Shown one piece after another: positions 45,374 through 55,230 of a stretch of 64,000 nucleotides of DNA. The notes under the pieces are model-generated. The model was given only the letters and a program-made list of their open reading frames with translations, did not search any database and was not told where the DNA came from. The position numbers were made by a program, and so were the translations under genes. Origin of the DNA: a virus (lineage: Duplodnaviria; Caudoviricetes); IMG/VR virus record IMGVR_UViG_649633004_000004, positions 2,833 through 66,832 of that record. One strand, 5' to 3'. Position 1 is the stretch's first letter. Every line of letters starts with the position of its first letter.

Positions 45374-47859
45374 GCCTCTGGAACCCCTACACATTTACCA
45401 TCGGCGGTGCACCGGCCCTGCTGGACGCTGCGCCGCCGGCGCTGCGGGTGATGGGGGGTGGGCAGGCGAGTGCCGAGCAGCTTGCGGCTGCGCGCATGGC
45501 ATTCAGCCGCTTCTGCGCGGTGGCGCGCACGTCGCCCGTGCCCAACCCCACGGAGACAGGGCGCCTGCCTGACGGCTCGGCTTACCGTATCGTCGTCGTT
45601 GGTGCACAGGCTCTCATGGAGCTACACCCTGTCGTTGGCGGCAAGCCGCTCTCCGATGAGGTGCGCCCCGGCATCTGGTTCCTCGACCCGGCTCCCGGTG
45701 AGCCAGGGGCAGGTAACGCCTTTTTCGTGCTCTCTCCTCCAGGGGAGGGTCTGGAGCAGTGGACACTGGCACGCCTTACCGGCTGGCCGGCGCTACCAGT
45801 CGCAGGTCGTGCAGGTCCGCGCGTGTCTATGGCAACTGCCAAGATAATGACAACTGGCATACGAGCGCCGGAGCCTGCTGAGTATTTCTATCCCAATGGG
45901 GGAGCGCGTCTGCAGCAGCTCGGCGGCTATGTCAGCATGACCATCAATGCGGTGGGGGAGAGTGCCCCGTCCTTCGTTGGCTTCGACGAGAACCACCGCG
46001 CGATGTTCCTCTCCGGGGGCGTCTTGTCTCGGGACGGTTTGTATCTCTACCGATCGTCCACCTCGGTGAATCTGGACAAGACGGGCGCTGAGGGGTCTGG
46101 AATCAAGCCTCAGTATGAGGAGCCTCCGACATACCCCGCCATTTCCCTCACTTTGGTGAGCGAGATCTATCAACCTGCAGTGTCCACCTGGGCCGAGAGC
46201 AACGGGCGCCAGCTCCTGGCCGTGGCCAGCAACGGCCGGCGTATCGCCACTCTGTTCACGCGCCAGTTTGACCGGCTTCCGCCGTTTGCCGGTGACCAAT
46301 ACACGATCGTCAAAGGCGGCGGGCTCATGGAAGCCTATACCACCGATGTGTCGTACAAAGGAACGACCTATGTCCGAGTGGATGCGCGCACCCTGCCCGG
46401 GGTCATCAGCGGCGCACTGACGTATCGTGGGGTAGAGGCCGACTTGAAAGTGTTCGACACGCGCACTGGTGAGGCTGTTGTTGCACAGCGGGAGCCTAGC
46501 GATTCCTTCGTCCCAGGTACGCCAGTGCTTATGTGGTGGGATGCTACAAGCGAGGCTGGAGCCTATTCGAAGTCAACTGGTTTTGGGGTAGGGGTGGATT
46601 ACTCGGCTCCGGTCTTCGTCCTGACAAGCTACAGCCTCACAGGCACCCCAGGTTCGTACCGCGAGGATTGCACGTTCGCCTTGGACGGAGAGGTGTCGCA
46701 TTCCGCCCAGGGTAGTCAGACCACCCACGAGATACTCGGTCCATTCTTTAGTGGCAGCGAGTTGCTGCCGCTTATTGCGAAGACGGAAAAATCATACGAA
46801 TCGTCGTTCAGAGGCCATGCAAGCGGGTCAATCAAGGGTTTCGGGCTGCGCGGGGGCGACACGCCGCCCCAGCGACCTGAATTCGTCGATGAAGCAACAT
46901 TTGACGCGGCGATCCACACCTATGAAGTCAGCGGTACCCATGCGATGGAGTACAAGCGGACAAAGAATGTCCAGGTAGGCAGATTTGGCGAACTGAGGCT
47001 GATCGATGAGCGGACGACGGAGACGGCAGATCTTTACTGGCGTCGTTTTATCGATGCATGGACGGGCGCCCCGGAGTCGAGCACCGGTAATAGTTCTTCC
47101 GCATATGCGTGGTCCGTCACCCGGCGGGCTCTGTTGGTCTTTGATCCAGAGCTGGACCTGTTGTGCTACAGCGAATTCGGCTTCTCGGGTTCAGGCAGCG
47201 CCGCCTACGAGCGCACTGGCGTTGGCGACGACGATGTCACGTACTACTTGTCGCCGGGCGAACCGCTCCCTGATCTTCCCCGCGTGCGGATCGTGCTTAG
47301 GTGCGGCGGCGAGACGAAGTATTTCGACACCGCCGTGGCGGAGGCGAGCCATGACTACAGCCACAGGGTCGCGGCAGCCCAACTGCACCCCATGCTGGGC
47401 TATCCATACGGAGCGCCCGCAGTACACACGGCTGACTATCTTGAGGACCACAATGCGATCGGCACCAGTGGCATGTGGACGGTACCAATGGTTGCGATCT
47501 CTGACGCCATCAGGGCGTTTGCCGATGGCACGCCCGTAACGACAGCCCTGATGGATGGTGTTCCTGTCTTCGGCTATTTCTGGCGTCCCTCGCCCAATGC
47601 GTTTGTGGCGCAGTGTTCTACTCGCGGCAGTTTTCCCGAGCCGTCGCGCTTTCTTGAAGCTGTTCAGGCGACCTATGTGCGCTCCCCGGATGGCCGGGGA
47701 GCGTACTTGCGTCTGCAGTGCAATCCATCCATACCAGAGACTGTGCGAGGCTTCGCTCCGCAGACGTTCGTCGTGGACATGCGCGGCCTGCACACCTCGC
47801 CAACCACCGCGCAGCTGGCCTCCGCAGGCGTAGACCTCTCAATGGCAGGAGCATTCTGA
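45370..47859 (+). CDS. Large tail-associated protein
   Basis: 829-aa ORF coupled on both sides; GC drops after ~aa 90. Confidence 0.7.
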   Translation: MSLWNPYTFTIGGAPALLDAAPPALRVMGGGQASAEQLAAARMAFSRFCAVARTSPVPNPTETGRLPDGSAYRIVVVGAQALMELHPVVGGKPLSDEVRPGIWFLDPAPGEPGAGNAFFVLSPPGEGLEQWTLARLTGWPALPVAGRAGPRVSMATAKIMTTGIRAPEPAEYFYPNGGARLQQLGGYVSMTINAVGESAPSFVGFDENHRAMFLSGGVLSRDGLYLYRSSTSVNLDKTGAEGSGIKPQYEEPPTYPAISLTLVSEIYQPAVSTWAESNGRQLLAVASNGRRIATLFTRQFDRLPPFAGDQYTIVKGGGLMEAYTTDVSYKGTTYVRVDARTLPGVISGALTYRGVEADLKVFDTRTGEAVVAQREPSDSFVPGTPVLMWWDATSEAGAYSKSTGFGVGVDYSAPVFVLTSYSLTGTPGSYREDCTFALDGEVSHSAQGSQTTHEILGPFFSGSELLPLIAKTEKSYESSFRGHASGSIKGFGLRGGDTPPQRPEFVDEATFDAAIHTYEVSGTHAMEYKRTKNVQVGRFGELRLIDERTTETADLYWRRFIDAWTGAPESSTGNSSSAYAWSVTRRALLVFDPELDLLCYSEFGFSGSGSAAYERTGVGDDDVTYYLSPGEPLPDLPRVRIVLRCGGETKYFDTAVAEASHDYSHRVAAAQLHPMLGYPYGAPAVHTADYLEDHNAIGTSGMWTVPMVAISDAIRAFADGTPVTTALMDGVPVFGYFWRPSPNAFVAQCSTRGSFPEPSRFLEAVQATYVRSPDGRGAYLRLQCNPSIPETVRGFAPQTFVVDMRGLHTSPTTAQLASAGVDLSMAGAF

Positions 47860-48290
47860 TGATCGTCGTGAACACGCTCACCGGCGCCGTGTCCGAGTAC
47901 ACCCGCCACGATTTCCAATCCATCACGCCCACGCACGGCGGCTCGGCAACGGGCCTCTACGCATTCGACGGCGACACCGACAACGGCCTGCCCATCGTCT
48001 CGGAAATCCGCCTTCCGGCCACGCTGCGCGAGAGCACGCTGAAGCAGTCGATCCAGATGGCCTACCTGTCCATGCGCGGCGATGGCAGCGCCTGCTTCAC
48101 GGTGCATGGTGCGCGCGAGGTATGGCGGTACAGCTTCCCGCTGCGCCCGAGCGAGCAGACGCGCTGCCCCGTTGGCCGCGGCATCCGCGAGAACTACCTG
48201 GGCTTCGGCCTGAGCAACCCGGCCGGCCAGGCCTTCACGCTGGACCGCGTGGAGATCCTGGCGGCCGCATCCAAGTCAAGGAGGGTTTGA
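47859..48290 (+). CDS. Virion protein
   Basis: MIVVNTLTGAVSEY..., GRGIRENYLGFGL. Confidence 0.65.
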   Translation: MIVVNTLTGAVSEYTRHDFQSITPTHGGSATGLYAFDGDTDNGLPIVSEIRLPATLRESTLKQSIQMAYLSMRGDGSACFTVHGAREVWRYSFPLRPSEQTRCPVGRGIRENYLGFGLSNPAGQAFTLDRVEILAAASKSRRV

Positions 48291-48292
48291 CC

Positions 48293-50098
48293 ATGGCAGA
48301 CATGGACCTGAACGGCCCGGCGGAAATCGTCGAGGACAAATACGAGCGATCGGTGGAGCTTGCGGAGACCGCGTCGCGCGAGGTGGCCGACTTCCAGCGG
48401 GCGCTGAACGACAGCATCTACCAGCCTCCGCAGATCAGCGTGCAGTGGCAGACCATGGCCGCGCCCAGCCTGCCCGCCATCCCCAATATGCCGGCGCTGC
48501 CCGGCATCGACTTCACCGAGCCGGGCGGGCAGCCCGGGGGGCTGACGGCGACCATGCGCGACGTGGCGATCGATGACCTGAACATCCAGATGCCGACGCT
48601 CGACTTTGGCCAGGCGCCGGTGCTGACCATCGGCCAGGCGCCTGCGCTGCCCGAGGTGCGCGACGTGGCGATTCCCGATGCCCCGGACATCACGCTGCCC
48701 GACGCACCGCAGTTCCTGGCGCTGCAGACGCACAGCTTCGGCGGGGTGAACCTGCACGAAGAGTGGCTGGACAAGCTGGACGACATCCCCGAGTTGTCGA
48801 TCCTGCAGCCGACGCCGTTCCAGTACAGCCCGGGCGCGCGGTACGCGTCGCAGTTGCTGGACAACCTGAAGGCCACGCTGAACGCGCGCATCCAGGGCGG
48901 TTCGGGCATCGTGCCTGCCGTGGAGCAGCAGATCTGGGACCGTGCGCGCGACCGCGAGACGCAGATCGCCCTGGCCCGAGAGCAGGAGGTGCTGCGCGGC
49001 GCCGAGGCGCTGGGCTTCCCCTTGCCTTCGGGCGTGCTGGCCGGCCAGCTGGCGGATGCGCGGCGCGAGTACCACGACAAGCTCTCGGGCCTGAGCCGCG
49101 ACATCGCCATCAAGCAGGCCGAGCTGGAGCAGCAGAACATGCGCGACAGCATCCAGGCCGCGCTGCAGCTGGAGAGCACGTTGCTGGAGGACTGCTACAA
49201 GCTGGAGATGCTGGCCTTCGAGGCGGCCAAGACCGCAGCGGACAACGCCATCGCGGCTCACAACGCGGCTCTTGAGCATTTCAAGGCGCTGTTGGCCGGG
49301 TACCAGGCCTACGCCGCGGCCTACGACACTGTTGTGAAGGCCGAGTTGTCGAAGGTCGAGGTGTTCAAGGCGCTGCTGTCGGCCGAGGAGACCAAGGCCA
49401 GCATCAACAAGAGCCTGGTGGACCGCTACAAGGCCGAGATCGAAGGCGGCATGGCCGCCGTCGAGATCTACAAGGCCCGCGTGGGCGCCGCACAGACCCT
49501 GGTGGAACTGGAGCGCGCACGCATCCAGGCCGGCGGCGAGCAGGTGCGCGCGTTCGTGGCGACGGTCAACGCCGAGACGGCCAAGGCCGAGATGTACAAG
49601 ACGCGCGTGAGCGCCGAAGCCACGAAGGTGGAGGCCGTGGGCGCGGTGGCGCGGGCCTATGGCTCGAAGGTGGGCGCGCAGGCCGAGAAGGCGAGGGTGG
49701 AGGTGGCGAAGTTCCAGGCGTTGGTTTCCGCGAAGGGTCTGGAGTGGGACGGCTGGAAGGCCCGGCTGCAGGCCGCAGTCTCGCGCATGGATGCGGCCGC
49801 GCGCACGTCCAGCATCGTGGTGGACGGCTATCGCCTGGGGGCGCACGCAGCCGAAGCGCAGGCGCAGTCCGTGATGCGTCAATGGGAGGCGAGCATCAAG
49901 CAGTACGAGGCGAGCAAGGATCTGACATTCCGCGTGGCCAGTGCGAATGCGCAGGCGGTGATGCACGCAAACGACGCCCGGATGGAGGCGGCGAAGGTGA
50001 TGCTCGCCACCGGCATGCAGAAGGTGGCCAGCTCGTGGAGTGCGGTGTCGGCGTCCGCGAGCATCAGCGGCAATGTGACTCAGTCCATCACCGGCTGA
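48293..50098 (+). CDS. Coiled-coil virion protein
   Basis: Pro-rich N-terminus, GFPLPSGVL, long Ala-rich helical region; AGGAGG RBS. Confidence 0.7.
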   Translation: MADMDLNGPAEIVEDKYERSVELAETASREVADFQRALNDSIYQPPQISVQWQTMAAPSLPAIPNMPALPGIDFTEPGGQPGGLTATMRDVAIDDLNIQMPTLDFGQAPVLTIGQAPALPEVRDVAIPDAPDITLPDAPQFLALQTHSFGGVNLHEEWLDKLDDIPELSILQPTPFQYSPGARYASQLLDNLKATLNARIQGGSGIVPAVEQQIWDRARDRETQIALAREQEVLRGAEALGFPLPSGVLAGQLADARREYHDKLSGLSRDIAIKQAELEQQNMRDSIQAALQLESTLLEDCYKLEMLAFEAAKTAADNAIAAHNAALEHFKALLAGYQAYAAAYDTVVKAELSKVEVFKALLSAEETKASINKSLVDRYKAEIEGGMAAVEIYKARVGAAQTLVELERARIQAGGEQVRAFVATVNAETAKAEMYKTRVSAEATKVEAVGAVARAYGSKVGAQAEKARVEVAKFQALVSAKGLEWDGWKARLQAAVSRMDAAARTSSIVVDGYRLGAHAAEAQAQSVMRQWEASIKQYEASKDLTFRVASANAQAVMHANDARMEAAKVMLATGMQKVASSWSAVSASASISGNVTQSITG

Positions 50099-50106
50099 TC
50101 TGCATA

Positions 50107-50155
50107 CCCCGTATAGGGTTCGACGTAACCCGCCCCAGACGGAACACTGCCGGGC
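50107..50155 (+). promoter_or_regulatory. Late promoter motif copy 5
   Basis: CCCCGTATAGGGTTCGAC...GGAACACT-N7-ATG. Confidence 0.7.
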
Positions 50156-50575
50156 ATGACCACCCCGGCCGTCCTCTCCATCGTCCTGTACCAGGGCACG
50201 ACCCAGCGCGTTCCCATGGTGCGCCGCTACGTGCCCTACAAGATCAAGGGCAGCGAGTGCGATGGCTACGTGAACGCCTGCACCGGCGAACCCGTGCCGC
50301 CCGGCGACTTCGTAGACGAGGACTACGCCGGCTGCACGGCGCGCATGCAACTGCGCTCTGACGTGTTCAGCACGAAGGTGCTGCTGGAGTTGACGACCGA
50401 GGGCGGCGGCATCGAGCTCGCCGGCAACACGCTCACCCTGGTGTTCCAGCCCGAGGACACCCAGGGCCTGCGCTTCGATGAGGCAGTCGGGCACGTCGAA
50501 GTGGTACGTCCAAACGGCGACGTGGAGCGCCAGTACGAGATAACGGTCCAGTTCAGCCCGGAGGGCACGCGGTGA
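50156..50575 (+). CDS. Tail fibre-associated (BppU-like) protein
   Basis: YQGTT..., DYAGCTARMQLR..LLELTTEGGGI motif. Confidence 0.6.
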   Translation: MTTPAVLSIVLYQGTTQRVPMVRRYVPYKIKGSECDGYVNACTGEPVPPGDFVDEDYAGCTARMQLRSDVFSTKVLLELTTEGGGIELAGNTLTLVFQPEDTQGLRFDEAVGHVEVVRPNGDVERQYEITVQFSPEGTR

Positions 50576-51108
50576 GCCAGACGGTCGTCGTCACGGCGCC
50601 GGGTGGAACGGCAATCGTGAATGCCGGTGGCGGCTCTGTTGTCACCAGCGTGCCAAGTACGGTGGTCGTTGAGCATGAGTCCACGCCAGAGACGATTGTC
50701 GTCACGCGCGGTATCCCAGGCCCGCGTGGTCCGCAGGGCATTCCCGGGCCTGCGGGTGGGGCGGCGTTCGTGCGCCAGGCAGATGCGCCGCTCTCGGCGC
50801 TGTGTGTGGTGTGGGAAGACGCCGCAGGCGTCGTGCGGCCCGCCGATTACGACGATATGGACCACGTCTACCTGATTTCCGGCCTGACCCTGACGGCCAC
50901 GCCATCTGCGGGAGACGTGACCGTTCAGCGCTCCGGCCCGGTGGACGACGCGTCCTGGAACTGGGCGCCTGGGCCTGTGTACCTGGGCACAGGCGGCGCG
51001 CTGACGCAGGCACCACCCGTTGATGGATTCGACATTCTGATCGGCTACGCCGTATCTCCGACCAGGCTCTACCTGGACATTCAAGACCCTATTTCACTGG
51101 AGGACTAA
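50572..51108 (+). CDS. Tail-associated protein with short collagen-like segment
   Basis: GIPGPRGPQGIPGPAG; WNWAPGPVYLGTGGALTQ. Confidence 0.65.
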   Translation: MSQTVVVTAPGGTAIVNAGGGSVVTSVPSTVVVEHESTPETIVVTRGIPGPRGPQGIPGPAGGAAFVRQADAPLSALCVVWEDAAGVVRPADYDDMDHVYLISGLTLTATPSAGDVTVQRSGPVDDASWNWAPGPVYLGTGGALTQAPPVDGFDILIGYAVSPTRLYLDIQDPISLED

Positions 51109-51111
51109 ACC

Positions 51112-51630
51112 ATGGCTCAACGATTCCTCGCCCGCATCAGCGGCAAGACGAAACAGATGGAGGCGAAGGCCGCCAGCGCCGGCGCGGGCGATGCCGGCAA
51201 GATCCCCGCACTCGGCCCCGACGGGAAGCTGGACATGTCCATGATGCCCGCCGGCATCGGCGCCGACACGCAGATCATCCCGGCCAGCGAAGCACTCAGC
51301 GCGGGAAACTTCGTCAACATCTGGTCCGATGCGGGAGCCGCAAAGGTCCGGCTGGCCGACAACTCGAATGGCCGCCCGGCTGACGGCTATGTGCTCGATG
51401 CGGTCTCCTCGGCCGCCGATGCCACCGTGTACCCGCTCGACGGCACCAATTCCGAGCTCACAGGACTCGCGCCGGGCGCCGAATACTGGCTCGGTACTGC
51501 TGGCGGCGTCACGAACACCCCGCTGGATGAGACCGACGCGGGCAATGCCAACAAGATCAGTCAGTACCTCGGCAAGGCCAAGTCGGCAACCGAGCTGATC
51601 ACCGTGGATGACGGGTACGTGGTGCTGTAG
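51112..51630 (+). CDS. Tail-associated protein
   Basis: ASEALSAGNFVNIW, GLAPGAEYWL motifs; GGAGG RBS. Confidence 0.65.
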   Translation: MAQRFLARISGKTKQMEAKAASAGAGDAGKIPALGPDGKLDMSMMPAGIGADTQIIPASEALSAGNFVNIWSDAGAAKVRLADNSNGRPADGYVLDAVSSAADATVYPLDGTNSELTGLAPGAEYWLGTAGGVTNTPLDETDAGNANKISQYLGKAKSATELITVDDGYVVL

Positions 51631-51641
51631 GCGGCGCACCC

Positions 51642-52883
51642 ATGGCAATTCGCAGGCCTCTCGTCCGGGTCGGAGGGCGAGTCCAGCAGCTACCGCCCGG
51701 CGACTCGCTGCCGGGGGCGGAGGGTAGTGCGCTCACGGGCGATCTAGCCTATTCGGTCGATCCTGCGCGCTACGCGCTGCCCGACTGGCTTCCCTGTGAC
51801 GGTGCCCTGGTGGACAACGCCGACGCGCCAGAGAGTCTGCAGCCGTACATGGCCAGGGCTTCTGGCGTTGATTTTTCTGCCGGTGGGACCATCGAATCCA
51901 CATCTGCAGCCCCGCAGGGCGTGTTCGACATGCTCGGCGACTATGCGCTGATGCAGATGGGCGCGTCGCCTTATGCGATACCCCTGAAGAAGAACGACGT
52001 TGGCTATAGCTACCTGCGCGAGTCGTTCGGAGCGAACCCGAGTGCCGCCCTAAAATGCGCGGCACTCGGAATGACAACGGTCAACTTTCCGTGCGTGCTC
52101 GGGTTTACGACATCGGCGGGCGGCGCGTTCTTCGCGCGAGGAATTTCGTCAACATGGTCGGTTAGTAACGTCGCTAGCCTCTTTACTGGCAAGACCGTGG
52201 CCGGCGTCGTATTCTGTGCTGACGGCCGCTTTTATTTGCTTTCATCGACCGCACCATACTTGCACTCGGTTCAGTCCGATGTCAACGTAGCCAGCTCTCT
52301 GGTCGATGTGGGCGGCGTAGGCGCCAACGGCGCGGGTCTGTGCATCAGTCCCAACAAGCGGTACATGGTTAGCTGGCACAACACCACACCATACATCTAC
52401 GTCCTTGAATTTGACGGCACGAAGTACGTGCCGCTCGGGTCGCCGCCTATTAGTACGTCTGGCACGTCAACTTTCAATCGCGTAGAGGTTAGTGACACGG
52501 GAGTGATCGTAGCCAGGACGGGCTCAGGCAGTGTGTTCTACGTGTGTTCCGTGACGCCCACGGGAGCGGTTGGCAGCATGGTGCAAACGACCGTGAATAC
52601 TGCGTCTGCCTGGGGCCTCATGCCAGATGGACGTCACTTGCTCACATGGGTGAGCAACGCTGCGAACTACTACCCCATTGCAAACGACACCATCGGCGCA
52701 GGCACTGCGCTCTCGATGTACTCAACAGGCATCTACGGCACGCTGTATGGGCGTTTCGGGTTGATTCCGGGGAGGTTGTTGGCCGCCAGCAGCGCAGCTG
52801 GCTCGGGGTACGCCATGGTCGGCGAGGTGACCCCCTCGGGCTGGATCGCGCCTCGCATCAGGTATGGCTTTCTGAAAGCATGA
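51642..52883 (+). CDS. Putative tail fibre / receptor-binding protein
   Basis: MAIRRPLV N-terminus, WLPCDG collar-like motif, beta-rich lower-GC body; last gene before lysis. Confidence 0.65.
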   Translation: MAIRRPLVRVGGRVQQLPPGDSLPGAEGSALTGDLAYSVDPARYALPDWLPCDGALVDNADAPESLQPYMARASGVDFSAGGTIESTSAAPQGVFDMLGDYALMQMGASPYAIPLKKNDVGYSYLRESFGANPSAALKCAALGMTTVNFPCVLGFTTSAGGAFFARGISSTWSVSNVASLFTGKTVAGVVFCADGRFYLLSSTAPYLHSVQSDVNVASSLVDVGGVGANGAGLCISPNKRYMVSWHNTTPYIYVLEFDGTKYVPLGSPPISTSGTSTFNRVEVSDTGVIVARTGSGSVFYVCSVTPTGAVGSMVQTTVNTASAWGLMPDGRHLLTWVSNAANYYPIANDTIGAGTALSMYSTGIYGTLYGRFGLIPGRLLAASSAAGSGYAMVGEVTPSGWIAPRIRYGFLKA

Positions 52884-52894
52884 CGGGAGCAGAC

Positions 52895-52943
52895 CCCCGT
52901 ATAGGGTTCGACGCTGGCGATAGCGCCCGGAATCATCCGGGCC
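52895..52943 (+). promoter_or_regulatory. Late promoter motif copy 6 (lysis cassette)
   Basis: CCCCGTATAGGGTTCGAC...GGAATCAT-N7-ATG. Confidence 0.7.
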
Positions 52944-53249
52944 ATGAAAACCGAAACCCTTGATTCCATCGGTGCGGCGGGCAACAAGGTAACCATCGTA
53001 GGCGCCAGCTTGTCTGGAGCAGGCTGGCTCACGGCAAGCGAATTCGCAGCCATCGTTGGTGCATTAGTGGCGATCGCTGGCGTGGTCATTACCTGGTACT
53101 ACAAGCGCCAGGCGAACCGCCGCTTAGCGGCAGAACATGCGCTGCGCCAGCAGGAGCGCCAGATGCGTATCGACCTGATGCGTGCTACCGGCCTGCCTCA
53201 AGTTCCGTGTGGTGATACAGACATCGGCCGCCTGGAGTTCGACGAATGA
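52944..53249 (+). CDS. Holin
   Basis: Two hydrophobic segments followed by WYYKR; precedes the endolysin. Confidence 0.8.
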   Translation: MKTETLDSIGAAGNKVTIVGASLSGAGWLTASEFAAIVGALVAIAGVVITWYYKRQANRRLAAEHALRQQERQMRIDLMRATGLPQVPCGDTDIGRLEFDE

Positions 53250-53830
53250 GCACAGCAAGCCGCAGCGGCATCCAGCCCAAGGTGATATGGGTGGCAGCTC
53301 TGGGCGGCTTCGTCACGCTGCTTTCGCCCGCGTTGATCGACCACCTGCAGAAGTGGGAAAGCGGCAAGAGCAGGGCACTGGTGGTCTATGAGGACAAGCT
53401 GGCCGGCAACATCCCCACCGTGTGCAATGGCCTGACGCGCCATGTCACCAGAACACCCATCGTCGTGGGCGAGCGCTGGACCGAGGACAAGTGCATTGCC
53501 GAGGAAGCGGCCGCCATCGAACGCGTGCAGCGCGCGCTGCTGCCGTGCTTCAAGCGCCTGCCGCAGCCGAGTGTGCTGGACATGGCCAGCAGCCACGCAT
53601 GGAACTTTGGGGCGTCGGCCACCTGCGGCAGCGGCGCCATGGTCGCCTGGAACCGTGGCGAGTGGGAGCGCGGCTGCCAGCGCATCAGCCGCGGCGGTGA
53701 CGGGCGCCTTGTGTGGAGTTTCACAAGCCGTATCGATCCGCGCACCGGGCAGAAGGTCTACACGTTCGTGCAGGGCCTGGCCAACCGGCGCGCCGACGAG
53801 ACGGCTAAGTGCATGGGAGGCCTGACATGA
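53246..53830 (+). CDS. GH24 lysozyme (SAR-type endolysin)
   Basis: N-terminal hydrophobic anchor; WE...YEDKLAGNIPTVCNG catalytic segment; GLANRRADE. Confidence 0.85.
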   Translation: MSTASRSGIQPKVIWVAALGGFVTLLSPALIDHLQKWESGKSRALVVYEDKLAGNIPTVCNGLTRHVTRTPIVVGERWTEDKCIAEEAAAIERVQRALLPCFKRLPQPSVLDMASSHAWNFGASATCGSGAMVAWNRGEWERGCQRISRGGDGRLVWSFTSRIDPRTGQKVYTFVQGLANRRADETAKCMGGLT

Positions 53831-54090
53831 AACACATTCTGATCGCCCTGGTGGCGGTTGCCCTTGTCGGCTGCACGATGGTACCGGCTGGAACCGCGCA
53901 TCGCGCATGCGAGTTGCTGCAGATCGCGTCCAGTGAAGCGGATCTGGCGCCGTCCTGGTACCTCGGCGCTGGCGAAGTTCTGGAGCGCTGTGGCCAGCCG
54001 AGCGCGCGCGCTGCGGGTGAGGTTCGCGCCTGCTACGCCTCGGCGCGCAACGGCTACAGCGACAACAAGGAATGCGAGGCCCTGGAATGA
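53827..54090 (+). CDS. Small lipoprotein
   Basis: Lipobox LVGC after a hydrophobic signal; Cys-rich. Confidence 0.6.
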   Translation: MKHILIALVAVALVGCTMVPAGTAHRACELLQIASSEADLAPSWYLGAGEVLERCGQPSARAAGEVRACYASARNGYSDNKECEALE

Positions 54091-54130
54091 ACCCTATAGC
54101 ACTCGCAATGTGGTGGTTCTGGTGGAGGGC

Positions 54131-54598
54131 ATGGCCGTGACCCTCATCACCCACCTGATCGTTGCATTTGTGGCCGCTGCCGGCGCATGGGCCTTCCAGG
54201 GCGCCCGCATGGATGCCGCCGTGGCAGAGGTGCGCCTGGAGCAAACGAACGAGCGCTTGCGCGCCGTGAGCCAAGCACGCGCTGATGAGCGCGCCATCAC
54301 CAAGACCTACCAGGAGGCCCTGAATGCTGCCCGTACCCGTGAAAACGCTCTGCGCCGCGACCGTGACGCTGCTCGCGCTGAGTCTGACGGGCTGCGCGAC
54401 CAACTGTCCGACGCTGCCCGCCGTATCGCTGACGCTCCCCCCACCGCCGTCGCTGAGTACGCCGCTGCCGTCAGTGAGTTACTCGCAGTCTGCAGCCGAG
54501 AGCGAACGGCATTCGCGGCAGCGGCTGATGGGCACGCGGCTGATGTCCGAACCCTCACCGCAGCCTGGCCGGTGATGACGACGCCGACCGCGCGCTGA
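54131..54598 (+). CDS. Rz-like inner-membrane spanin
   Basis: N-terminal TM then coiled coil; AAADGHAAD C-terminal motif. Confidence 0.75.
   Translation: MAVTLITHLIVAFVAAAGAWAFQGARMDAAVAEVRLEQTNERLRAVSQARADERAITKTYQEALNAARTRENALRRDRDAARAESDGLRDQLSDAARRIADAPPTAVAEYAAAVSELLAVCSRERTAFAAAADGHAADVRTLTAAWPVMTTPTAR
54339..54575 (+). CDS. Rz1-like outer-membrane spanin embedded in Rz (+1 frame)
   Basis: Lipobox LTGC followed by a Pro-rich segment, entirely inside Rz. Confidence 0.7.
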   Translation: MKTLCAATVTLLALSLTGCATNCPTLPAVSLTLPPPPSLSTPLPSVSYSQSAAESERHSRQRLMGTRLMSEPSPQPGR

Positions 54599-54610
54599 TG
54601 GCGTAGGGGG

Positions 54611-55003
54611 CTACGCCGCCCCAGTCATCTCGTGCTCTGCCGCGGTGGCGAGAAACGCCGAGCGCGACTGCCCGCGCGCCTTCGCGGCGAGGTCGATCCG
54701 CTGCAACAGACTCTCGTTCAGGCTGATGTTCAGCCGCACGGCCTTGGCCCGCACCTTGGACAAGTCGATCTCCACCAGCATCCAGAACCCGCCCGAGTAG
54801 TCTGGATCGGCCGCCCATGCTTCGGGAGAGGTAGGGGCGGGGATCGGATCATCATCCGCGCCGAAGTGCGCCTCCGCGGCTTCCTGGGCAGCACGGGGCA
54901 GGCCCTGCAGATCATCGGCCGCAGCGAAGCAGCCGGGGAAGTCCGGGAAGATCGCACCGTAGGCGCTATCGGCGTCCTTGTGTACGTAGATCGGATAGAG
55001 CAT
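54611..55003 (-). CDS. hicB: HicB antitoxin
   Basis: YGAIFPDFPGCFAAAD; C-terminal RHH AVRLNISL..SRSAFL. Confidence 0.92.
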   Translation of the reverse strand: MLYPIYVHKDADSAYGAIFPDFPGCFAAADDLQGLPRAAQEAAEAHFGADDDPIPAPTSPEAWAADPDYSGGFWMLVEIDLSKVRAKAVRLNISLNESLLQRIDLAAKARGQSRSAFLATAAEHEMTGAA

Positions 55004-55030
55004 GTTGGACTCCTTTCAAAAGGCCCCGCC

Positions 55031-55213
55031 TTAGCGGAGCCCTGCTTGCTTGAGGATGCTGCGAACAGTGGGCAGCGGCAGGTCTTTCTTCGGGTGAGGT
55101 ACTGTGACCTTGCCCGGCTTGGTCGGGTGCTTGAACTGATGGTGAGAGCCGACCGTGCGCACCAGCACCCAACCGTCTGCCTTGATCTGCTTGATGAGTG
55201 CTGCGCTGTTCAT
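55031..55213 (-). CDS. hicA: HicA toxin
   Basis: GW.LVRTVGSHHQFKHPTKPGKVTVPHPKKDLP. Confidence 0.93.
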   Translation of the reverse strand: MNSAALIKQIKADGWVLVRTVGSHHQFKHPTKPGKVTVPHPKKDLPLPTVRSILKQAGLR

Positions 55214-55214
55214 G

Positions 55215-55230
55215 TGTGTAATTCTACACA
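55215..55230. promoter_or_regulatory. Palindromic operator at the hicA start
   Basis: TGTGTA-ATTC-TACACA, with extra TACACA half-sites nearby. Confidence 0.6.
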
